Assembly (NCBI GenBank): GCA_965208125.1
Contig: OZ242320.1
Location: 2,432,001-2,496,000, forward strand
Length of the DNA stretch: 64,000 nucleotides
Reading direction: 5' to 3'
Source of the DNA: Candidatus Latescibacterota bacterium
GTDB lineage: Bacteria; Latescibacterota; UBA2968
The position numbers were made by a program, and so were the translations under genes. The notes under the pieces were generated by a model. The model saw only the letters and a program-made list of their open reading frames with translations, had not been told where the DNA came from and ran no database searches. The stretch's first letter is position 1. Every line of letters starts with the position of its first letter. Of this stretch, positions 35,318 to 43,961 are shown piece by piece.

Positions 35318-36226
35318 ATGCATAAAATTTCAGACCTCAAAATACCGGATCGGCTTAATCTGAATGCAGGTTGGAGCATTGGTGAGACGGCGTTTGAGAG
35401 AATTAGAACCACGCTTCTTGAGATGTCCCCAGTAGAAAGAATTCTCGAATTTGGGAGTGGTCCGAGTTCTGTCCGGCTGGCTATGGCGTTTCCCGAAGCG
35501 CAGGTTTTGTCTGTGGAAGGTGATTGGCGGAATTTTGCAGAGACCACGAGTCTGATGCGATCATTCTGGGATCAACACAATCTATCGATCAAATATCGTC
35601 CGATTACTCTTGAATCTTATGGAGACGCGGAATTTTTGACTTATGAATATGGGATGTTCTGGGAGGAAGAGATAGATTGCGTGATTATTGATGGTCCACC
35701 TGTCTATACCTTGCGAGGTCGAGAAGCCTGTCTCTACCAGGTTTATGATCAGGTCAAGATTGGTGGTCTGGTCATCCTGGACGATTTCAGAAGGTCTTAT
35801 GAGAAGCAAATTGTCGAGAACTGGCTGTCCGTCTATCCCGGCAGTTTTACAGTGGAAATGATCCGCGAAGACCACCATCTGGCCGTGTTGCGTAAGATCA
35901 AATCTGTGACACCGTGTTGGGATGCGCCTTATAGGCTTTCGGATGTTCAGTCTGTCAGCGAAACGCTCTCCCGCATTACACAGGCATTATCGCAGGTTGA
36001 TGATGTGTATTTGAGAACGCTGGCCAAAGCGAATAATTGCTCTGAAACAGATCTGATTGGCCTGTTCAATACCATTCGCAACATCTATGGGGTGACGCCT
36101 GAGCGCATCCAGGAGTTCATGAGCGGAAATTCTATACTTTCACCAGACGTTCAAAAAAGAAAACAGAATGCCTGTTATATGACAATCGTCAACGCGTTTT
36201 TTCGAGACGCTCAGTTTTCACATTAA
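35318..36226 (+). CDS. Class I SAM-dependent methyltransferase-fold protein with helical C-terminal extension
   Basis: ILEFGSGPSS (motif I), VLSVE, CVIIDGPP, GGLVILDD. Confidence 0.7.
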   Translation: MHKISDLKIPDRLNLNAGWSIGETAFERIRTTLLEMSPVERILEFGSGPSSVRLAMAFPEAQVLSVEGDWRNFAETTSLMRSFWDQHNLSIKYRPITLESYGDAEFLTYEYGMFWEEEIDCVIIDGPPVYTLRGREACLYQVYDQVKIGGLVILDDFRRSYEKQIVENWLSVYPGSFTVEMIREDHHLAVLRKIKSVTPCWDAPYRLSDVQSVSETLSRITQALSQVDDVYLRTLAKANNCSETDLIGLFNTIRNIYGVTPERIQEFMSGNSILSPDVQKRKQNACYMTIVNAFFRDAQFSH

Positions 36227-36478
36227 AGAAAGTGAATACAAAATGAGGAAAAGTCCAACGGCTGCGGGATGTTTTTCTGGATTTTTCCAGAAAAATTAAG
36301 GATCGGTCCTCCCATCCCGCAGTCTATTTAATGACCGATAGCCGGTATAATATTGAGTAGCAGGTAAATAGAAAACTACATTTCAATTTGGAACCCAACG
36401 GTCTCCACTAAACCGTTGGTTTTTTCTGTTAGGGCTTTGCATTCAAAAGTTCAAGGTGTGAGCAAAAGGAGACCTAAA

Positions 36479-37873
36479 ATGAAGAGAATACTTGGCATAG
36501 CCATGGTCGTTCTCGTTCTCGTCTTTCTTGTGTACGGAAACTATTCCAGGATTGATCCGGCCGTTCCCGACCTCAAAGTTCGCGAACTCCCGCCTCTTAC
36601 GGTGCCGCCATCGACAATTACGATTCCATTCTCCTTTCCAATCCAAGCTATCGGAGATGCATTGGAACAAGAGATCCCGAGGACTCAGGACGGCACAGAG
36701 AGTTGGGTGGGGAGGATTCTCGGCATCAAAACAAGCATCTCAGTAGATTGGCGGGTTGAAAGGGATGGCATAAGCATCTCCGGAGGCGAAGATAAAATTA
36801 GGACCAGGACTAGATTGAGTGCCGAGGTGGAAGCAAGAAATGTGGAAATCGCAGACATTACAGGAAATCTCAGAGCGACTATGAGGCCGAAACTGAATTC
36901 GAATTGGCGCCTTAATCCTCAACTGACAACGAATATTAACTTGTCAACAGCCAATCTACTCAGATTCATTAGTGTACGAGGGTTACTTGAACCTGAACTC
37001 AACCAAAGACTTAGTAATATTAGCAGTGACTTTAATAATAAGTTAAGCCGCGACGATTTCATAGAGAAAGCCGTCAGACAACAGTGGCATGAGATTTGCC
37101 GTTCCTTTCCTATTAGCCCGGATTCAAGTATTTGGCTAGAGGTAAAGCCAGTAGCTGTTCGATCAGCACAGCCCATAGTTGATACCCAAAATGTCTACTT
37201 GCAGTTCAGTCTTGACGCGGAGACACAGATCGTCGAGACGCAGACCCAACCACAATGCACTTTCCCTGACAGTCTAATTATAGAAGACTCACAGCCCGGT
37301 TACTTCAAAATCGTTCTACCCGCTGCATTGGAGTACGATACCTTAGAAGCCTTTCTAAAGAAAAAATTTGCGGGCAAAACCGTTGATAAAGATGTTTCAG
37401 TGAGGATTAATGCTGTTAACATCCTTTCAGATGGCGAGGTGATTGTATTAGGTGTCAAGTTGACCTTGAAGGCTAATGGTTGGTTCGGACCTCGGGCTCA
37501 AGGAATAGTTTATCTTTCAGCTAAACCCCATCTTAATGTCGATAGACAAGAGATTATACTTACAAAGTTACAACTCGATATAGAATCTCGAAACGCACTT
37601 GTCACCATTTTTGGAGAAGCCGCAGAATCAGTACTATTGGTTGCTCTTGGCGACGAGATAGTATTTGACCTTAGCCCCAAATTGGAAGAGGCCCGAGACA
37701 GGGCGCAGCAAGCCCTGAATGCGATATCGACGGACGAACTTCTGGTTGAAGGGCAGTTGAGTGAGATCCGAATAACGAGTCTTGATGTGGGGACCGACAG
37801 ATTACGCCTTGTCACTACTGCTCAAGGAGGGGCTGTAGCTTCTGCAAAAAAAATTTCATGGAGTTCGAACTGA
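36479..37873 (+). CDS. DUF4403-like membrane-anchored protein
   Basis: N-terminal TM, PSTITIPFSFPI..I..AL, SIWLEVKP, QGIVYLSAKP; RBS AGGAG before MKRILG. Confidence 0.65.
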   Translation: MKRILGIAMVVLVLVFLVYGNYSRIDPAVPDLKVRELPPLTVPPSTITIPFSFPIQAIGDALEQEIPRTQDGTESWVGRILGIKTSISVDWRVERDGISISGGEDKIRTRTRLSAEVEARNVEIADITGNLRATMRPKLNSNWRLNPQLTTNINLSTANLLRFISVRGLLEPELNQRLSNISSDFNNKLSRDDFIEKAVRQQWHEICRSFPISPDSSIWLEVKPVAVRSAQPIVDTQNVYLQFSLDAETQIVETQTQPQCTFPDSLIIEDSQPGYFKIVLPAALEYDTLEAFLKKKFAGKTVDKDVSVRINAVNILSDGEVIVLGVKLTLKANGWFGPRAQGIVYLSAKPHLNVDRQEIILTKLQLDIESRNALVTIFGEAAESVLLVALGDEIVFDLSPKLEEARDRAQQALNAISTDELLVEGQLSEIRITSLDVGTDRLRLVTTAQGGAVASAKKISWSSN

Positions 37874-37964
37874 TCGAAAGCCGGGATGACAACGCCGTTG
37901 CCGGAAAGGCTACTTCTAATGTGAAATAAATCAATAGTCTCATCACCGTTGGTTTGGACTTTAA

Positions 37965-38129
37965 GAAGCTGTCTTAAAATTATTTTGAACAGGCCTGACA
38001 CATTTACGCAAACTGTGGGTCGATAGCGGCTATCTCGGTGAAGACTTCAAGGAATGAGACGCAAAACGGAAAGCGCACGTATAAAATTGATACCGGCTCG
38101 CTTAATTACATGGGTTTTAAGACAGCTTC
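37965..38129. mobile_element. IS5-family-derived MITE / internally deleted IS
   Basis: Perfect terminal IRs GAAGCTGTCTTAAAA / TTTTAAGACAGCTTC; TAA duplicated on both sides; internal frame KLWVDSGYLGEDFKE resembles the IS5 transposase WxDxGYxG motif. Confidence 0.8.
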
Positions 38130-38141
38130 TAAGGAGCGCAG

Positions 38142-39293
38142 ATGTCAAATATTGATCGCAGCACTACAAACAAGTCTGAGTCTCACCTACCACGACGTTT
38201 TATAATGGCTGTGGTTACCCTTTTCTTTGGTCAACTCGTCGGTGAGAACTCTGTAATTTTGGCCAAACTTTTCTACTTTTACTTTCATGGGCCTGATGAA
38301 TTAGAGCTATGGAAGGTCATGCAGGTCTCACTGGTGCTGCTGATGGTTTTTACTTCTTTAGCTATTCTGATAATTGTGCGTTTGGTAGAGGCAAATTCTG
38401 AACAAGTTGAGCAAGTCTTGCTTTTTGTATCATTAGCATTTATTACTGCGGGTTTCGCTATCATAGACCAATCTCTTCCATCAATGGACAAGGGTAGGCA
38501 GTTACCACTGTGGGAGACCTTATACTACTTCGGTTGGCCAATGATGCTGTGGTTTGTCATTCCTTATTTTTTATTAGATGGGTCGCGACTTGAGCGAGTC
38601 CAAAAGATCGTAACTTTTATTGCTATATCTTTTGTAGGCCTTGTTATATGTGGTAGTGTGGGTGGAGTTCTCTTTTTACTTGCTCCGACGATACTTGAAT
38701 ATACGAAATTAATGGAGGGTGCCGTTGGAGTCCTTGATGATCCCATAAAGTTCTGGCAAGCGAGTCCTCCTACTATCAACTCGATCTGTGCGTTGTTTGT
38801 AGTAGTGGCTTTTGCTCCCAAATGGTGGCGAAACCTTAAGCTACGAGTTTCATGGACGGTTTGGATCCTCATTTTCACTGGATTTGCGATCATTTACGCT
38901 GGGATGTTTGGTAGTTTTTTCTTTGCAGAACGTCATCATTTTAGTGACCAGAAGTCCATAGGACTGCAAATTCAATTGTTTAGCAAGTTTGGTTCATTTT
39001 CGCTCATCATAACTGTAGTATTCTTGTTAAGTCTTTGGCTGGTGCGTCACCAATCAAATTCGGATGCGGCTATCGGTTTCCCGTCAGGCAACCGCTTTTG
39101 GGTGTACTTGTCAATAGGGTTGGGGCTGGGATTCTCTCTGGTTCAGCTCTTTGAACTCCTTCCATATGGCTCATTTGTTGAGGCTGAGGCTAGACATGTG
39201 CTCGTGGTCCTGGTATTCCATGCCCTGAACGGAATATGTCTCGGTTTCTCGCTTCGATCCCTCAGATGTGTGATAAGGTATGTAATGCGGTGA
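38142..39293 (+). CDS. Hypothetical polytopic membrane protein (~10 TM)
   Basis: Long ORF with many hydrophobic segments; RBS AAGGAG; no recognised motif. Confidence 0.65.
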   Translation: MSNIDRSTTNKSESHLPRRFIMAVVTLFFGQLVGENSVILAKLFYFYFHGPDELELWKVMQVSLVLLMVFTSLAILIIVRLVEANSEQVEQVLLFVSLAFITAGFAIIDQSLPSMDKGRQLPLWETLYYFGWPMMLWFVIPYFLLDGSRLERVQKIVTFIAISFVGLVICGSVGGVLFLLAPTILEYTKLMEGAVGVLDDPIKFWQASPPTINSICALFVVVAFAPKWWRNLKLRVSWTVWILIFTGFAIIYAGMFGSFFFAERHHFSDQKSIGLQIQLFSKFGSFSLIITVVFLLSLWLVRHQSNSDAAIGFPSGNRFWVYLSIGLGLGFSLVQLFELLPYGSFVEAEARHVLVVLVFHALNGICLGFSLRSLRCVIRYVMR

Positions 39294-39516
39294 GGGCGAT
39301 GCGCCTACTTCAAATCGAGTTTATCCCTTGCTTCCTCTTGCACACGCTACTACGCTGTGTGGGCTTGATCCGTTTTGGATGGGGTTGCCTATCTGTGGAC
39401 CAAAGCCATTTTGGAAAATCGACCGGTCAAAGTCTATAATTATGGGAGAATGCTCCGCACCAGATCCCGAGTGGACGGGACAATGTCCCGGTCTGGTTTA
39501 GAAGACATAGGAGAGA

Positions 39517-39756
39517 TTGATGAGTAGTGAAATATTTCATTTCGTTCATTCTGATGAGGTGACAGGATTTTTTGACAGATTGCAGCTACGAGAAAAATTT
39601 GATGCAGGAAACATAAAGTGCCACTTCTGTCACACAGTAATTACCGTGCAAAATTTCAAGGGTGCTACGCGGTATAGGGGAGAGCTTATATTCGTGTGTG
39701 ACCAGCCTGAATGCTATGAGTCATTTTGGACACCTGTAGATAGCGAGAACATTTAA
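39517..39756 (+). CDS. Small putative Zn-binding protein
   Basis: CHFC ... CDQPEC; RBS GGAGAG; TAATG coupling to the next gene. Confidence 0.55.
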   Translation: MMSSEIFHFVHSDEVTGFFDRLQLREKFDAGNIKCHFCHTVITVQNFKGATRYRGELIFVCDQPECYESFWTPVDSENI

Positions 39757-40871
39757 TGACATCAAAGGAAGTTCTACAATTTCTCAATCTCTTTATGGAT
39801 AAGAGTCCACTACTGCTTTTAATCGGTGGACTCCTTAGCCTTGTCGTATTCTTGTTCAGAATCTTGATAGATGAAGATCGAAGTGGGCTCTGGAGAGCGA
39901 GGATCAGCTATGCAGCATATAAACTTACTGGTAACAGAGATTCAGAGAAACGGTACATCTCTGATGATGTACGTTCCAGAATTAATTTGGCGCGGAGAAA
40001 ATTTTCCCACGGAGCGCAGGATCCTCCTGAAGCTGTCTCCGTTGACTGGGTGGATGAAGAACCAGGGACCACCTACGACATTGGAGAAGGTGAATTTGTC
40101 GTAAGGCTTCAGAGCAGCGATGAGCAAGAGAAGAACATTGTAGATCTAGCCATTGCGGTCACTAAGAGGACGACATTACCCGGCGTACGAACTGTCATGG
40201 AGCAGCCACTGCGAGTCGCGGTGACACTTAATTTGGTACAATCAATTCTTAGAATGATTAAGAACAAAGCAGCACTGGAATGGTTTTTCGAGAACCGCTT
40301 ATCTCCCATACTACAAGATAAGGAAGGACTACGTCGAGAATTTGAGCGAATCGAAGATATAGATGAGCGCGGGCTGTTTACGCATATTCTATTGGTTGAA
40401 CTTGAGGAGTTTGGTGAAGTGATATTAGGACGCACGCCTCGCCCATATATGTTTGGAGATGTCCAAGGTCTAGTTGACTTTCTCCATCGGGTCGCTACCA
40501 AACGTCCAGGCGAAGACATACCACTTGAGTATAGAAGAGCGTATATCAAAATCGCGATAATCTTAGTAGCTAAAACAGAACGGATTCTAAATGAAGGCAT
40601 TGAGCCGTATGTGAAGGCGATGACACATAGTGCTAACCGAGATTTCAACACAGTTTATGTACTGGGCTATGATAAGGAAGTTCTATCAGAGAAGGATTTC
40701 CTTTCATACGAGGAATTTCGTAATTTGATCTCACAACTCGATAAAGAGCTAGATCTATTTCCGGTTCAGAAGGACTTTTCTATCGATTACTCTTGCATAG
40801 ATCAACAGGGTAAGCAACGCAAAGCAACGTGTACCCGATACATACTCAAAGATACCTCGGGTCGCGTGTAA
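39756..40871 (+). CDS. Hypothetical protein with N-terminal TM helix
   Basis: 371-aa ORF translationally coupled to 39517-39756. Confidence 0.65.
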   Translation: MTSKEVLQFLNLFMDKSPLLLLIGGLLSLVVFLFRILIDEDRSGLWRARISYAAYKLTGNRDSEKRYISDDVRSRINLARRKFSHGAQDPPEAVSVDWVDEEPGTTYDIGEGEFVVRLQSSDEQEKNIVDLAIAVTKRTTLPGVRTVMEQPLRVAVTLNLVQSILRMIKNKAALEWFFENRLSPILQDKEGLRREFERIEDIDERGLFTHILLVELEEFGEVILGRTPRPYMFGDVQGLVDFLHRVATKRPGEDIPLEYRRAYIKIAIILVAKTERILNEGIEPYVKAMTHSANRDFNTVYVLGYDKEVLSEKDFLSYEEFRNLISQLDKELDLFPVQKDFSIDYSCIDQQGKQRKATCTRYILKDTSGRV

Positions 40872-40937
40872 GAGTAGATCATCTGCCGAATCATCCCACA
40901 CCCTGTTTCACCCTAATTAAAAAAGGAACCCCCCTTT

Positions 40938-41361
40938 TCTGTTATCGACTAAAATGGGTCAAGTCCATAACTAAAAAACCACGTCCTTTGGGCGTGGTTT
41001 TTTGGTTTTTACTGCTAATGTTTTCGACAGGGATTAGAACCGCGATTGTTTGCTCTCCATGCTGGTATGCACATCGATCAGCACGGTTTTGCCATCGGCA
41101 TTTAGTCGCTGTGCTTCTTGTAATGCAGGGCGCATTTCGCCCACTTTTTTGACGGTGATGCCCACAGTGCCCATGCCTTCGGCAATTTGGGCGTAGTTGC
41201 CCTGCATATTGGAAACGCCGTAGCGTTCGCGCGCCGTGGGAAATCCGCCGGGGTATGTCGCCATGTCCCCGTTGTTCAGAATCACGGTTGTAATAGGGAT
41301 GCCTGCGCGGGCAGATGTTTCGATGTCCAGGCCGGACATGCCGAAGGCGCCATCGCCCATC
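40938..41361. repeat. ~415-bp diverged direct repeat of 43877-44289 (terminator plus 3' end of the TPP-enzyme gene)
   Basis: Colinear by eye with scattered, mostly third-position substitutions. Confidence 0.92.
41034..41360 (-). pseudogene. Duplicated C-terminal fragment (108 aa) of the TPP enzyme at 43962-45593
   Basis: MGDGAFGMSGLDIETSARAG...SMESKQSRF differs from the intact gene's C-terminus at three residues; no 5' portion. Confidence 0.9.
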
Positions 41362-41455
41362 GGTCCAATTGGTTTGTATTCGCAGCCTCTTCTTCTTATC
41401 TTTCATATAGGATCTAAGGTACACACCAAATCGAGTCAAGCTTTAAGAGGCTATA

Positions 41456-43864
41456 ATGCTGCGTAATTATCTGGTTGTAGCGGTTCGGAATCTGTTGAAT
41501 AATAAAATCTTGTCAATGATCAACGTTTTTGGACTAGGAGCAAGTCTGTCGATCTGCCTGCTGATCATCTTGTTTGTGTCATACCAAAAAACGTCTGATG
41601 CATGGCACAAGAAGGCAGATCGTATCTATCTCACCATCTGCGACTACCGTTCGCCCACCCAGCCTGATCGTGTTCGCTCCTACGCAACGACACCTGCGAG
41701 TCTTGCTTCGCTTCTTCAAGATATCTGCCCAGATGTAGAAGTGACGACACGGTTACGCAGATTCCGTGGTTCCATGGGCTTTCCCGGCAGTCAAAGTCAA
41801 ATTAAAGTGTCTGGCCTTTATGCCGAGCCGTCGTTTTTCGAGGTATTCGATTTCGCTCTTGTGGAGGGGAATCCCGCTACCGCGCTTTCCGAACCCAATT
41901 CCATCGTGCTTTCGCAGAACCAGTCGGTTGCATTATTTGGAGATTCCAGCCCACTGAATCAGACTGTGATGATCGGACAGACGCCATACAAGGTAACGGG
42001 CGTCCTGGCGGATCCGTTAGGGGCCAGCTATGTACGGTTTCAGATCTTGGTGTCGTTTGAGACCTTGAAATTTGCGCCACCCCGCGGCATTCCTCAGTGG
42101 AGCGATGGCATGAATGACACATACACATTTTTGGTCTTACGAGAAGGTACCCACCCAACGGTCCTGGAAAGATACTTCACACAGATCATTCAAGACCACT
42201 ACCAGCCTGGTACAGATCGACAGATAGAGAGGGCAAGTGCCCAATTACTGACCGACCTCAACCTGAGCGTCATGAGAGTTAACCAACTTAGTTGGATGGT
42301 TCCTGGCATGGCTGTTTATTTTGTTAGTGTTCTGGCCGCTATAATACTGATAGGGGCGTGCTACAATTATACCAACTTAATTGTGGCCAGAGCAATGGCC
42401 AGAGCCCACGAGGTGGCAATTCGGAAAGTCGTAGGTGCATATCGCAGACAGATCATTGGCCAAATATTGGTGGAGTCGATTCTAACAGTATTGCTGGCGA
42501 CGTTTTTTGCCATGTGGCTGTTGGTATGGTTAATTCCTGCTTTCAACGAGATGTTCTTTACTTCATTTTTTCCCTTGGCCCGCATCAAGCTCGACGTTCT
42601 CAAAGATCTGACGGTCTATCTCACTGTCCTTGGCTTCATCGTAGGCGTAGGCATTCTTGCGGGCACCTACCCCGCACTTCATCTTTCCCGATTCGTCCCA
42701 GTCTTGATCTTGAAGGGAGGAAGTTTTACAAAGGATCGAGCCAAGTCATTCAATCGGATGTTTGTGGTGGGGCAGTTTGGCATGTCGTTATTCTTCGTCC
42801 TCTCGACCCTGTTCGTGTACCAGCAGTTCCGATATATGGTATCGTCCGACTATGGATTTGATCATGAAAATATAGTGAACGTACGGCTTCAGGGAGTGGG
42901 CTACGACGTGTTCCGGCAGGCGATGGAGCAATCGCCCTCAGTGGAGCTCATTTCTGGTTCCTCACAGATTCTGATGCAGGGTGAGCGATCAGAACGTTCG
43001 GTGACGATTGGGAGAGGTGATCCTAAGACAGTTTCAGTTTCCGAATTAATAGTGGACTACAATTTTGTTTCGAACCTGAAACTCAAGCTACTTGCAGGCC
43101 GTTACTTCAATCGCCCATCGGATATTCACAGGAGTGTGCTGCTCAATAGAACCGCTACTCGGTTGCTAGGTCTGGAAAACGAAGAGCAAGCGATAGGTCA
43201 AATCTTGAACGTGTCAGGGAAGAACACGAAACCTACCATTGTGGGGATTCTGGAAGACTTTCAGACATATGGCATAGGCATGGATATTGATCCTGTCATA
43301 CTGCTCTGTGAGCCAGCGCGTATAAATTGGGCAAACGTGCGCGTGTTACCCGGCCATATGCCTGAGGCGGTTGCGCACCTCGAACAGGTCTGGGCTGAGT
43401 TAGGAAGTCCTTGGAAAGTGGAGTACGATCTGTTTACGACGCAAATCCAAAAAGGAATGCTCGCTGGAGTCTATTCCGATGTTTTGCATATCATTGCTCT
43501 GATTAGCGCTTTCGGGGTGCTTTTGGCCTTACTTGGCATGTTGGGAATAGCTATGCATGTCATGGAAATGCAGGTCAAGGCAGTTGCAATACGCAAGGTT
43601 CTGGGAGCGAGTTCTTGGCAGATCGCTGTGCTCTTGTCAAAGGATTTTCTCTTGATGCTTGTTGTGGCGGTTCTACTTGCAGCTCCTGCTGCGTGGTTTG
43701 CAAACCACCTCTGGTTAAACCAGTTCCCCCTCCGAACCACAATGAGTCCGTGGCTGTTCGGTGGTGTTGTTGCCGTGATGGCAGCAGTTGTTCTCACAGT
43801 AGTTGGGTCGCAGACGCTTCGTGCAGCGAATTCCGACCCAGTAAAGGCACTCAGACGTTTATAG
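41456..43864 (+). CDS. ABC transporter permease, duplicated MacB/FtsX type
   Basis: MLRNYLVVAVRNL, INVFGL, NYTNL..AR...RAHEVAIRKVVGA, GQF, AIRKVLGAS, AANSDPVKALR. Confidence 0.9.
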   Translation: MLRNYLVVAVRNLLNNKILSMINVFGLGASLSICLLIILFVSYQKTSDAWHKKADRIYLTICDYRSPTQPDRVRSYATTPASLASLLQDICPDVEVTTRLRRFRGSMGFPGSQSQIKVSGLYAEPSFFEVFDFALVEGNPATALSEPNSIVLSQNQSVALFGDSSPLNQTVMIGQTPYKVTGVLADPLGASYVRFQILVSFETLKFAPPRGIPQWSDGMNDTYTFLVLREGTHPTVLERYFTQIIQDHYQPGTDRQIERASAQLLTDLNLSVMRVNQLSWMVPGMAVYFVSVLAAIILIGACYNYTNLIVARAMARAHEVAIRKVVGAYRRQIIGQILVESILTVLLATFFAMWLLVWLIPAFNEMFFTSFFPLARIKLDVLKDLTVYLTVLGFIVGVGILAGTYPALHLSRFVPVLILKGGSFTKDRAKSFNRMFVVGQFGMSLFFVLSTLFVYQQFRYMVSSDYGFDHENIVNVRLQGVGYDVFRQAMEQSPSVELISGSSQILMQGERSERSVTIGRGDPKTVSVSELIVDYNFVSNLKLKLLAGRYFNRPSDIHRSVLLNRTATRLLGLENEEQAIGQILNVSGKNTKPTIVGILEDFQTYGIGMDIDPVILLCEPARINWANVRVLPGHMPEAVAHLEQVWAELGSPWKVEYDLFTTQIQKGMLAGVYSDVLHIIALISAFGVLLALLGMLGIAMHVMEMQVKAVAIRKVLGASSWQIAVLLSKDFLLMLVVAVLLAAPAAWFANHLWLNQFPLRTTMSPWLFGGVVAVMAAVVLTVVGSQTLRAANSDPVKALRRL

Positions 43865-43899
43865 AGCTGACGAATAGACTAAAACGGATCAAGTTCATA

Positions 43900-43935
43900 A
43901 GTAAAAAACCACGTCCTTTGGGCGTGGTTTTTTGG
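43900..43935. terminator. Bidirectional terminator between the convergent permease and TPP-enzyme genes
   Basis: AAAAAACCACGTCC-TTT-GGGCGTGGTTTTTT. Confidence 0.8.
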
Positions 43936-43961
43936 TTTATGTCTGGTGTTTTCGATGGGGA

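Noticed and set aside
40942-41439. 165-aa minus-strand ORF
   Set aside because: It is an alternative frame over the duplicated TPP-gene fragment and terminator.
36300-41450. Integron cassette array (run of unrelated same-strand hypothetical genes)
   Set aside because: I found no intI and no convincing repeated attC sites (RYYYAAC...GTTRRRY) between the genes.
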